Below, piece by piece: positions 1 to 11,377 of a DNA stretch of 42,901 nucleotides (position 1 is the first letter of the stretch; the number at the start of each line of letters is the position of its first letter). The position numbers and the translations under genes were made by a program. The stretch lies in the NCBI RefSeq assembly GCF_001194135.2, contig NC_068984.1, positions 69,290,984 to 69,333,884 on the forward strand. The letters are read 5' to 3'. The notes beneath the pieces are model-generated. The model was not told the origin of the DNA. It ran no database searches and saw nothing but the letters and a program-made list of their open reading frames with translations. The DNA comes from Octopus bimaculoides. Lineage: Eukaryota.

Positions 1-1111
1 ATATATATATATATATATAAATATAAATATACATACATATATACATACATCTATAATATAAATTGAACCTGGGCGACCATTGTATTCTTTCTTGTCTCCA
101 GGTTCACGGCCAAACGGCTGGGTGGATTCGCGTGAAAAATGGCACACATGTGGGGACGGATGCACAGATTGGAACGCGCTATGTATTTTTCCTAGCCCCC
201 ATAGTTACAGAGAAAATTGATTAAAACAACCTGCGTACGTGCGTGTATGTGAGTGAGTGTCACTGAAGCCATTTACACATACATACATACATACATACAT
301 AAATAATTACTCGCTCTCTCTCTTTCTTTCTTTTTCTCTCTCTCTCATATACACACACACCATCAACATTACTCTCTCTATCTCGCACATCCCATCAAAC
401 ATACACACACACACACACACAAACATACGCACGCACATTGATTCTTCCGTCACACGCCAACTTCAAAAACTGTCCATATCTCTTTTCATTAGATGCCAAC
501 TTCAAAAGAACCCGTTTCCCCAAAACACATATAAAAAAAATATTTTCACTTTTCCCACCATTGATCGAGAGATAAAACACAAACCAACTTCTGTTGACTG
601 CAAAACTCCCGCTAAATTAGACGCAAAAATCACACGCACACATACACACACACGTCTATTTCATGTATTTCGGTTTCTCTATGATTATACACATGTCCAA
701 TACAATAGATCTCATACATTTTCGTCTTCAACGGGTAAGTATCTATTTTGTAATATAACTTGTTTTTCTATAAGTGTATAACAATTACTTCTTCCATACT
801 CCTTCACATAGCTTCTATCTTCACTTTTCTTAAATTGGATACGTCTGCTATTAATTCTTACATACAATTTCCCCGCTCATTCTTACAGCTTCATTTTCAG
901 TTACAGCAATTCTTAACCTCAACTTCTTAATGCCTCTTCTATATATTCCTAGCGCCCATACTTACCGAGAACAGCGATAGAAACTTTTCTTTTGCAATTC
1001 CCGTTTCTTCGATCATTAGCACAACGAGTTGCTCACACACCATGAACTTTCTCATTCAAACAACATATGTTGAATTAGAGCATAAATACAGTATGGAGAT
1101 TTATCTCCTAT

Positions 1112-1468
1112 GGAAAGTTCCAAGGAAGGGGAGGAATTACTTCGTGGAATGATCCGAGGAGGGTGCGAATAACTTCCTAGAAAGATCCGAGGAATTCCTG
1201 GGAAGTCCCGAGTACTTCCTGGAAAGTTCCGTGGAATTCCTGGGAAGTTCCACTGATTTCATGAAAAGTTCCAACGACGGACATTCCTGGGAAATTCCGA
1301 GGATTTCATGGAAAATTCTGAGGATTTCATGGAAAGTTCCGATAATTTCCTGGGAAGTTCCAAGGAAGGACCCCTGGAAAGCTCCGAGGAGGAGCTACTT
1401 CCTAAAAATTCAGAATACTTCCTGGAAAATTCCGAGGATTTCATGGAAACTTCCGAGTTATTCATAGA
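1112..1468. repeat. 21-bp minisatellite (consensus about GGAAAGTTCCGAGGATTTCMT) running into an assembly gap
   Basis: Unit starts at 1179, 1200, 1221, 1242, 1263, then 1289, 1310, 1331, 1352, then 1424, 1445. Confidence 0.85.
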
Positions 1469-2240
1469 NNNNNNNNNNNNNNNNNNNNNNNNNNNNNNNN
1501 NNNNNNNNNNNNNNNNNNNNNNNNNNNNNNNNNNNNNNNNNNNNNNNNNNNNNNNNNNNNNNNNNNNNNNNNNNNNNNNNNNNNNNNNNNNNNNNNNNNN
1601 NNNNNNNNNNNNNNNNNNNNNNNNNNNNNNNNNNNNNNNNNNNNNNNNNNNNNNNNNNNNNNNNNNNNNNNNNNNNNNNNNNNNNNNNNNNNNNNNNNNN
1701 NNNNNNNNNNNNNNNNNNNNNNNNNNNNNNNNNNNNNNNNNNNNNNNNNNNNNNNNNNNNNNNNNNNNNNNNNNNNNNNNNNNNNNNNNNNNNNNNNNNN
1801 NNNNNNNNNNNNNNNNNNNNNNNNNNNNNNNNNNNNNNNNNNNNNNNNNNNNNNNNNNNNNNNNNNNNNNNNNNNNNNNNNNNNNNNNNNNNNNNNNNNN
1901 NNNNNNNNNNNNNNNNNNNNNNNNNNNNNNNNNNNNNNNNNNNNNNNNNNNNNNNNNNNNNNNNNNNNNNNNNNNNNNNNNNNNNNNNNNNNNNNNNNNN
2001 NNNNNNNNNNNNNNNNNNNNNNNNNNNNNNNNNNNNNNNNNNNNNNNNNNNNNNNNNNNNNNNNNNNNNNNNNNNNNNNNNNNNNNNNNNNNNNNNNNNN
2101 NNNNNNNNNNNNNNNNNNNNNNNNNNNNNNNNNNNNNNNNNNNNNNNNNNNNNNNNNNNNNNNNNNNNNNNNNNNNNNNNNNNNNNNNNNNNNNNNNNNN
2201 NNNNNNNNNNNNNNNNNNNNNNNNNNNNNNNNNNNNNNNN
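1469..2240. other. Assembly gap (others at 3261-3389, 4632-4653, 33085-33100 and 41674-42007)
   Basis: Runs of N. Confidence 0.99.
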
Positions 2241-2245
2241 TAATC

Positions 2246-2510
2246 AAAATTTATACTCCCAAGTTTTACAGCCAACCATCTTGAATGGACCGGCCACTGG
2301 TCAAGATGTTCTTATAACTCCAATGTCCACCCCCACCCCCCCTTCCTCCTATACGATCTACAAGTTTAAGCAGCTTCAAATTCCTGTCAAACTCTCCTTT
2401 GCAATGGCAATAAATAAGGCACAGGGTCAATAATTGCAAATGCTTGGTTTAAATCTCACAGAGCAAGTGTTCTCCCACAGTTAACACTACGTTGGATGCT
2501 ACCGTGTTGC
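2246..2510 (+). pseudogene. Helitron RepHel (PIF1-like helicase) C-terminal relic
   Basis: Translates as QPTILNGPATGQDVLI...FKQLQIPVKLSFAMAINKAQGQ*LQMLGLNLTEQVFSHS*HYVGCYRV. This matches the Helitron motifs FPVRLAFAMTINKAQGQSL and FSHGQLYVACSRV and has two in-frame stops. Confidence 0.85.
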
Positions 2511-2701
2511 CAGGCCACATGTCTATACATTTGTGCATCAGAAGGGAAAACGAGAAACGTTGCCTACAAAGAAGCGGTCCATTGAAAAGACGGCATTTCT
2601 TCACATCAAAATCACCCCAGTCATCTGTTACCTTAAAAGCTTCGTACTTGCCGTGCCAGCCAACGTAAGTCAAAGACACACAACTTCACTCATTCACTCT
2701 A

Positions 2702-2777
<76 letters not shown>

Positions 2778-3620
2778 ACGCGCGCGTGCACGTCCATTTC
2801 ATATGTCTTCCAATTTCTGCTTTGTGCAAATAAATTTTTTACGGATACACCTGCTTACAAAAATTGGGATTAAGGTATAATTTCTTTCTATGTTCATATA
2901 AATGTTTTAATGATTATACAGACGTTCAGTAGAATAGCTCTCAGAAACAGACTACGTACAAATTCTTTCTTCACAACTCCTTAAGCCATTTTCTGACAGG
3001 GGGTGATGAAATCTTCATACAGCTAGAGGCTCCAATTGAAACAGGAGACCCGAAATGATAAGGTTTAGAAATGGTGTAATAGATTATGCCTAACCAAAAA
3101 CGATCACAGCCACACCATCCAAACAGGCCGGGTGAAACCGGGTTTAGCTGCTAGTGGTCAACTTTCTTTTCACTCCAGCCGCTGTGAAGGCAAGACGAAC
3201 TACTAGCGTTCTACCTCAGATTCGCGTTTGGCCGTACGGCTTTTGAACGTTGCTTTCACTNNNNNNNNNNNNNNNNNNNNNNNNNNNNNNNNNNNNNNNN
3301 NNNNNNNNNNNNNNNNNNNNNNNNNNNNNNNNNNNNNNNNNNNNNNNNNNNNNNNNNNNNNNNNNNNNNNNNNNNNNNNNNNNNNNNNNTTCTGTCTTAT
3401 TTTCGAAACGTCTAGATAGAATAGAGACAGCTGATGAAGGGATATTCCAAGTGGCTTTCCGTTTTCCTATGTGTTCGTTCCGTTGTCTGTAGTTCATTGT
3501 TCTAACGTCCTGTACCCTGATATGCATATATATACACATGTAGATGTAAGTATGTACATATATGTGTGTATACATGTATATATATTCTTTGTATTATTAT
3601 ATATATATATATATATATAT

Positions 3621-3682
<62 letters not shown>

Positions 3683-3807
3683 GTAGGTATATATATTTAT
3701 ATATGTATATATGTATATGTATGTATGTATATATGTATGTATGTATAAAAATGTTTTTGATGGACACAGACAGGTATGTGACAGGCAGAGGTACAGTGGT
3801 GATAGAT

Positions 3808-4100
3808 CCAAGTATGGCTGTATGGTTAGGGATTTTGCTCCCCATGTACATGGTTTCAGGTTCAGTTCCACTGAGCAGCAGCTTGGAGAAATGCTTTCTT
3901 GTATCGCCTCAGGATAAGCAAAGCCTTGTGGATTAATATGGTCAGAGGAAAATAAAAGGAGCCTGTCATATAAATATATGTGTGTTTTACGTGTCTTTGT
4001 GCTGTCTTGTCTTGACATCACACAAAACTTATCAACATACATAGCCATGATACAAGTGGTGTCAATTGCTAGGTGAGGGCAATGACAGGTAGGGCATCTA
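3808..4100 (+). mobile_element. Degraded tRNA-derived SINE
   Basis: A-box-like TGGCTGTATGGTTAG and B-box-like GGTTCAGTTCC; diverged similarity to the copy at 6312. Confidence 0.55.
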
Positions 4101-4302
4101 CTCATAGAAAATGTGTCTCAATGAATCTCATTTGATTCTTGCCAGCATAAGAAAATGAACACAAAATTGACAACACTGCATACATTCCTTTAATGTAAAT
4201 ACACACTCTAATAGTGGTCAACAGCACTTCTAAAATCTTACACAACCAAATGAAAGATGTATCATTTGTTAGGTGGGTTTGACTTGTAAACATACTTGTG
4301 AG

Positions 4303-4343
<41 letters not shown>

Positions 4344-4574
4344 ACATGTCCACTTATCCATTACTATACATATGCACACACATATGTATATGAAGGTGTA
4401 TATCAATGTATGTGTGTGCAGACATATAGATGTATGCGTATATGATTGTGTGCATGTATGTATCTTTGGACATGTATTTGTTTACATCTGTATAGGCATT
4501 TGTGTAATCTCTGTTGACATTTCTCCTCTCAATAAATTGAGTGGTGGTCAGGAGGGAAGGATGATGATGATGAT

Positions 4575-4605
<31 letters not shown>

Positions 4606-6311
4606 TGGAGTAGGAGTAGGAGGAAGAGGGANNNNNNNNNNNNNNNNNNNNNNGGAGGAGGAAGAGGAGGAGGAGGAGGAGGAGGAGGAGGAAGTGGAGT
4701 AGGAGTAGGAGGAAGAGGGATCTTACTGCAGAAGTTTAATATCAGCATTACAATACATGTGTGGACAATGGACTGTTTGGATGTGATTATTTTGGTGCAT
4801 TCTTTGTTAATATGTTTGTAAGCAGAGTTCTGAGTGTGCATGCAATTTTTTGTCTCTAAAATGTGTGTGTGTGTTTGTAAGTTTTCTACAAGTATCTTGG
4901 GAGCGTATAGTTGTATTGCATATAAAAGATGCATTCTATAGTTTTGAAATTACTCTAATCATTTCAATTGACAAAAACAATAAAAACCAATAAGATTGTT
5001 TAAATGTTCAACAGTAGAATTATTTGAACTCAACTGATATTGAGAAGAAAGTGTCAATTTAAGCCAAAAGGAAAACTTTCATTGCTTCCTGTGAGGTGAA
5101 AAATACTATGAAATTCTAGGAAAGAGATTTTTAGTTCCACAAATGACATTGTGAGTGATAAATATTTATTTGCTGAATCAGAATTATTCAAAGATACTCA
5201 GATACAAATCTAAATCTTTGAAAATATTTTATATTAGATTTGCTCACATAAACGTCTTTTTCATCACTGGATATCTTTGAAGACTAGAAAATAGATTTTG
5301 CTGCAAAGCTAAGAAATTATTGTATTCCGTCATCTTGTCTAAACTAAATAATGTAATCAGCAGGTAATACTGAAATTTGATAAAGAAATTTGAAGAACTT
5401 CTGAGAAGCTCTCTATCCTTGACTAAATTAATCAGCGTAAGACTTTGTGAAGATTCTAGTTCATTGGAAATATTGCTCTGAGGACTTTTCACTTAATTCA
5501 AGACTAAATCTACAAATGCAAGCATCCGATTGCTATATTCTAACCATCTTTTACTCATTGAATTCTGATTAATAAATATTCAAGACTTGATAAAGAAGAT
5601 ATTGTTTGGGAAGATGCTGTTTTGTGAATCTTTCATTATCATTTAATGTAAAGGTGGTGGTTTCATGAGAACTTACCACCAAAATTACAGCTGTTGTAAG
5701 TTCTAAACAAACTGTGTCAGTGATCTGGTATTGATTTCTTGTCAAAACCATCTTAGTTGTATTGCACTAATGCAATTTATAACAGTATGAGCATCAGAAA
5801 ATTCCTATTTCCAGTTTCTAAATCTAGTACTTCAAGCTTGTATCAGAAATCCTTTATCATTTGTCCAGAATTTGCAGTGATGAAATTGCAGAAACAATAG
5901 AGCACTAGATTGAATGCTTAGTGGTATTTAGTTTATCCTTCTAAACTCTGAACTAAAATCCACAAGGATTTAAACTTAGAGCTTACAATCTTTAGAGTTT
6001 TCAGTTTTGACATAGCTTGGCATCTCTCTCAAATTCATAAATAAATACCAAATATATAGCATGATTGATTGAATTCCACTGACTACATACATTTCCTTAC
6101 AAAAGTGTGGCTTTATGGCTAAGTAAAATAAGTTATTATTTGACGGGCATTAAGTAAATTTATTAGTAATTTTCATGATGTTGCCAATGTCATTAATGAT
6201 GAGAATGATGGAAGTGGTGGTGGTGGTGGTGGTGAAAACAACCATAGTAGAGGCAACTGTGGTAGTGCTTTCAGTGAGGAGCCTGAAACTCTTAATAGTA
6301 TGTAAATAAAA

Positions 6312-6705
6312 GGCGCAGGAGTGGCTGTGTGGTAAGTAGCTTGCTTAGCAACCACATAGTTCCGGGTTCAGTCCCACTGCATGGCACCTTGGGCAAGTGT
6401 CTTCTACTATAGCCTCGGGCCGACCAAAGCCTGGTGAGTGGATTTGGTAGGCGGAAACTGAAAGAAGCCCGTCGTATATATGTATATATATATATATCCA
6501 TGTGTGTTTGTCCCTCCACCATCGCTTGACAACCGATGCTGGTGTGTTTACGTCCCCGTAACTTAGCGGTTCGGCAAAAAGAGACCGATAGAATAAGTAC
6601 TAGGCTTACAAAGAATAAGTCCTGGGGTCGATTTTCTCGACGAAAGGCGGTGCTCCAGCATGGCTGCAGTCAAATGACTGAAACAAGTAAAAGAGTAAAA
6701 GAGTA
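6312..6705 (+). mobile_element. Full-length tRNA/CORE-type SINE (head, (TA)n, tail module)
   Basis: Head GGCGCAGGAGTGGCTGTGTGGTAAG, B-box GGTTCAGTCCC, CORE-like ACCTTGGGCAAGT and a (GTAAAAGA)n end. Several copies occur in the window. Resembles octopus OR-type SINEs; the family name was not verified. Confidence 0.85.
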
Positions 6706-7643
6706 ATAGGGTGTACTTTCAGAAAGACGTGACTTCTATTTGTAGCAAACAAACCAATAACACAGAGGCTTCTTCTTGTACATTCCACTAATGGTTGATA
6801 AAAACAGGAAAGACTAAAGGGTCCTTTTAGCATTCCATACTTTCCCTTTATTCCTCAACCAGCTAACAGGATACATTAGGTGCATTTTATTATGAAACAA
6901 GCATACAACATACAACAAAATGGTCCTCACTGCTCAATGGAGTCATTATTTGTTCTGGTTGATGGCATCAGCAGAGTGAATAGACAAACACAAAAAAAGC
7001 AGTTGCAAATGAAGGAGGGTAACATTAGAAATAGTGGTGCTTGAAATGGGGGTGGTGGAAGGACTGAGTGATAAGGAGGCAATATTGAAGTGAAGGATGA
7101 CAGTAATGGTAGGGGGTTACTGAGAGGGAGATACTAATGGAAGCTACATGTCTGCTGGCAAGAGATGGTGGAGGGAGGGAGGGAGGGAGGGAGAAAGGTG
7201 GGGTGAAGAGGAGGAAGGTGAGGAGAGAGTACTCAATGGTTTTAGGAGTGGTTAAAGGCAAAAGAATTGGTTAGATGTCAACAATGAGTGATGTGAAGGA
7301 GAGGAAGGGAATTGGTAGCTTAATGTAGAAGGGGAGTGATGTTTTCTGGAGGAAAAGAGAGAGAGAGAGAGAGTGTGTGTGTATGTGTGTACATCTGTGT
7401 GTGTGCATCTGTGTGAGTGTGTGCGTGTGAGTGGTAATAGAGAAAAGTAGAAAGGAAAAGGTGTACTGGATGCCACCAGTGATGCAAGTATCCAGGAAGA
7501 TGTCCTGTAAGTCATGCTGACATTGTTGCTGTTTATAACAACTCTAGCTGAAGTTGTTATAAATTTGATAAATGCCAAAACATGAAGATCTTGACCCTTG
7601 ATTCAATCTATAATTTCTTCTGATTAATCAAAATATATATACA

Positions 7644-7803
7644 GGCGCAGGAGTGGCTGTGTGGTAAATAGCTTACTTACCAGCCACATAGTTCTGGGTT
7701 CATTCCACAGCATGGCACCTTGGGCAAGCGTCTGCTACTATAGCCTCGGGCTGACCAAAGCCTTGTGAGTGGATTTGGTAGATGGAAACTGAAAGAAGCC
7801 CGT

Positions 7804-7841
<38 letters not shown>

Positions 7842-8037
7842 ACTTGTTTCCGTCATTTGACTGCAGCCATGCTGGAGCACCGCCTTTAGTCGAGAAAATC
7901 GACCCCAGGACTTATTCTTTGTAAGCCTAGTACTTATTCTATCGGTCTCTTTTTGACGAACCGCTAAGTTACGGGGACGTATGTGTGTGTATATGTTTGT
8001 GTGTCTGTGTTTGTCCACCCCACCATCGCTTGACAAC
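7644..8037 (+). mobile_element. Rearranged copy of the same SINE (head +, tail module inverted at 7838-7980)
   Basis: Direct alignment by eye to 6312-6705. Confidence 0.85.
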
Positions 8038-8617
8038 TTATGGCTCAGTTTAATATAACTGTCTGACTTTTGGTACTTTTAATGGAATATGCTTTGTTGC
8101 AAGCTGTTAAGCCAATTTTGTGATTTGAAGATCACAAGATGTCTAAGTGGCACTGCCTCCTTCTCCAACCTATGACTCACAGTTCCTTACTCCTTCCATA
8201 TCAACATCAATCTCAGAGACCCTGTAAATTTTCTGGATACTGCCCTTCCTTCTTCAACTACTTCATAAAAACTTTATTTATTCCAATGTAGGCATAAGAT
8301 TTTTCAGAGAATGGTGACAAGTGTCTTTTCCAAGGGAGAAAAGTTTCTTTTCAAAATAAAGTAAATAAATGTATAACGTAAACAAAGGATTTTCATAAGT
8401 TTCTGTAATATATTTTGTATTTATTTTATATTGAAATATAAAATCACTGCCTTCCACACATACAAGCTTGTTCTTTCAGGTGCCAGTGCCACTTAAAAAG
8501 CACCTGTGCCAGTGCTGCATTAATTTCCACTTACAAAGCAACTTGTCCAAGGTGCCATGCAATAAGATCAAACACACCATATCTCCACCATAACTGGAAG
8601 AGTACTGTCAGGATCAG

Positions 8618-8653
8618 TTACCCTAACCCTAACCCTAACCCTAACCCTTACCC
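8618..8653. repeat. Short interstitial (CCCTAA)n telomere-like repeat
   Basis: (CCCTAA)4 at 8621-8644, then CCCTTACCC. Confidence 0.8.
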
Positions 8654-8675
8654 AAATTATCTTGTGACATCTAGC

Positions 8676-9078
8676 CAGTGCTGGATTAACCACTAAGCAA
8701 AATAAGCACATGCTTAGGACATTAAGGGAAATAAGGAGCACCACAGAAATGGTAAATGATTTACGGTACAAAAGAAATCACTTTAAACTTGCTAAAATAA
8801 TATTCAGGATGCCCTTATCCCTACTAAGTATAGATGCAGATGTGTTACCTAAGATTAATTTTGAGGATTAATTTTCAAAAAAGTAGGAGAAAACTTTTCG
8901 AATATAAGTGGAAGTATACAAAAGTAAGCATCATTTTCATTCTTACTATTTTGTTACAATTTGAAAAATAAAAATTAATTTCATGGTTTGTTAATTGTTT
9001 TATATTTTGAAATACATGATCTTTTATGGGGGCATCAAAAACTTTTAAGTTAGGCCTCGAGGTCTTAATCCAGCCATG
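8676..9078. mobile_element. hAT-like MITE (403 bp)
   Basis: TIRs CAGTGCTGGATTAA and TTAATCCAGCCATG match at 12/14. The 8-bp flanks CATCTAGC and TACCCAGC match at 5/8 with only transition differences, consistent with a decayed 8-bp TSD. Confidence 0.6.
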
Positions 9079-10539
9079 TACCCAGCTTTATTATTTTGCA
9101 TTCTGTGTTCCCAGGTCAGCTTTACCTTTTTTCCTTCCAAGATCAATAAAATATAAGTTAATCAAATCAACTTCTTTCTTGTACAAAACTTGTGACCTTG
9201 TGCATAGTTAAGAAATATTCATTATTGGTAATGCATATATATTTTTTTGCCATCTATAAATATATATCTACAAATATTTCTGTCAAGCACAAAAAACTTA
9301 AACAAACCCACTTAGCAATATCTGTGACCTTGTGTCAGAGATCCTTATGTATAATTAACTATTTATAGGTAAGTGCAATTCATTTTCTAATATCTCAGCA
9401 AAAGAAATAACGTAAGAAAAAAATATAGAAATGATAAAATATATATCACATGTTTGGTTTGTGTAATAAGTTATAATAAGGAAATACTTTCCAGATATCC
9501 AATATAAATATATTAAATCCATCCAGCTGTTGAAATGTATAACTAAATTTTCTTCCAATATCTAGCATTAATGAAAGCAAATCCATTTGCTTCAGATGAA
9601 GCAAGGTTAATATGCTGATATAAATATTGGCAAAACTGCTATAAAATAATGGGCTGATTTTATTCAATATTTTCTCTTCAAATGTTCTTTCTCAAAATGC
9701 TGAAAAATACACACACCCACATGCACACATGTACACACACACACAAACACACACACACACACACACACATACACACACACACATGCACACACACACAATC
9801 ACTTGTACATTTATGTACATGCATACATACACAGATAAACAAATAAACAAACACACATACACATGCACACACACACACACACACACGCACACACACACAC
9901 ACAAACTTGTTAGAATTTATACTAATCACAGATGCATACACACATAAACAAATCATTAAAGAGTTAAAATGTGCAATTCGAGAAGTCCATAATAATACTA
10001 ATAATAATAATAATGATGATACTAATATTGAAAATAATAAAAACAATAATAATAAGAATGATAATAATAATTAATGTTGTTGTTGTTGTTGTTGTTGTTC
10101 CTGAGCTAATTAATCCTAAATTACCTCAAGCATTTTAGTTAATGGACTGCAATAGGTTAATGCTTGATATTTCCAATATCATTTATAAATCAAACTCCTT
10201 CGTACACATATTTTCACTCATTAACTCATACACAGGTGCTTACACACCTATAAGCACAAGTATGCACTAATAGCATAATTTAAGAAAATTTAATTTACAT
10301 ACACATACATCTATCTATCTGGTTATCTATGTATTTATTGATCTAGCAATCTATCTACCTATCTACCTAACCACCTTCCTACCTTTCTACCTATACACAC
10401 ACATATACAAATGTTTGTGCATTTATTTATTTATTTATTAAGACATATATACATATACACACACAAATAGATACACACCTGCACATATAAATATATATAT
10501 GCATTCATAAATATATATGTATATCTCTCTATATATATG

Positions 10540-10600
<61 letters not shown>

Positions 10601-10859
10601 GGATAGATAGATACATACATACATACACACATACACACATTCATAGACAGACAGATAGATAGATGTAGATATAGATATAGATATGGATACACAAAATACA
10701 CAGAGATGCATGCATATGTAAGAACATGGGTGAAAAACAAGGTGGAGAAAATAGTACTTGAATATCAAAGGTAGAGGCAAATATAGTGTGTTATTGTAGC
10801 TGAAAAAGTGCACAACATATCATTGTTTACTAATACAATGTGAGATGAGTCTGAAACAA

Positions 10860-11250
10860 CGGAAATGGAAAATACACCTAAATGTAATGTAAAGTATCTA
10901 GCAGCTACCCACTTAATAGCAATTTCTCAATCAAAAAAGTAGTCTATAGAGCTAAAGTTTAGGTGGTTAATAGTGCTATATGTTAAACATATCAGAACCA
11001 CAGAAACACGATGGGATCCTACTGGTACAGAGAATGTTTTTAATAACTAGAGACTAGATCCTCAGTGAGTTTATCCAAACATGTATGGCAACGGAAACAT
11101 GTTGGTACAACACCTTTCAAAATCAACTGGTTCATCTTAGAGAGAACAAATCCATACAAATATGAGTCTTACCACCATTTCATGAAATGCGCATTATGTT
11201 TGAGAGTGAATCACTTTATCCTGCTTCTGGTCAAGTTGGCCTTAACCTAA
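10860..11250 (+). pseudogene. Penelope-like element GIY-YIG endonuclease and C-terminal relic
   Basis: Fragments CKVSSSYPLNSNFSIKKVVYRAKV, KHIRTTETRW and LSKHVWQRKHVGTTPFKINWFILERTNPY...CALCLR match the PLE pattern CPLxGxCxxxxVVYKA...LSKxxW...IxWxIL...CxLC. Confidence 0.7.
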
Positions 11251-11377
11251 AAATCTAGTTGAAGACATTTTTCCAAATTTGGTTTTCAGCTTCCACACTT
11301 CCAACAAACCATAAATGCTCATAACTATTTCTCCCTACAACATATTGTAACAGATTTTATAATTATTCTGAATATGA

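Larger units (their letters stand above)
50..3154 (+). mobile_element. Non-autonomous Helitron with both termini
   Basis: 5' A|TCTATAATATAAA (TC at 50-51). 3' short GC hairpin CCGG-GTGAAA-CCGG (3128-3141), then CTAG (3151-3154)|T, giving the canonical A/T target. An internal helicase relic lies at about 2246-2510. That the two ends belong to one element is inferred across a 772-N gap. Confidence 0.75.

Noticed and set aside
1308-2243. E/S-rich 311-aa ORF and its antisense partners
   Set aside because: Mostly X from the gap. The real part is the 21-bp minisatellite, whose register shifts by non-multiples of 3.
4577-4720. Duplicated GGA-rich block on both sides of a 22-N gap
   Set aside because: Identical sequence flanking a gap is a typical unmerged contig overlap.
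6312-6390. tRNA gene interpretation of SINE heads
   Set aside because: A and B boxes are present, but there is no closing cloverleaf and the sequence continues into a multicopy SINE body.
7532-7563. 12-bp perfect hairpin TTTATAACAACT/AGTTGTTATAAA as a pre-miRNA
   Set aside because: The stem is AT-rich and does not extend to the length needed for a pre-miRNA.
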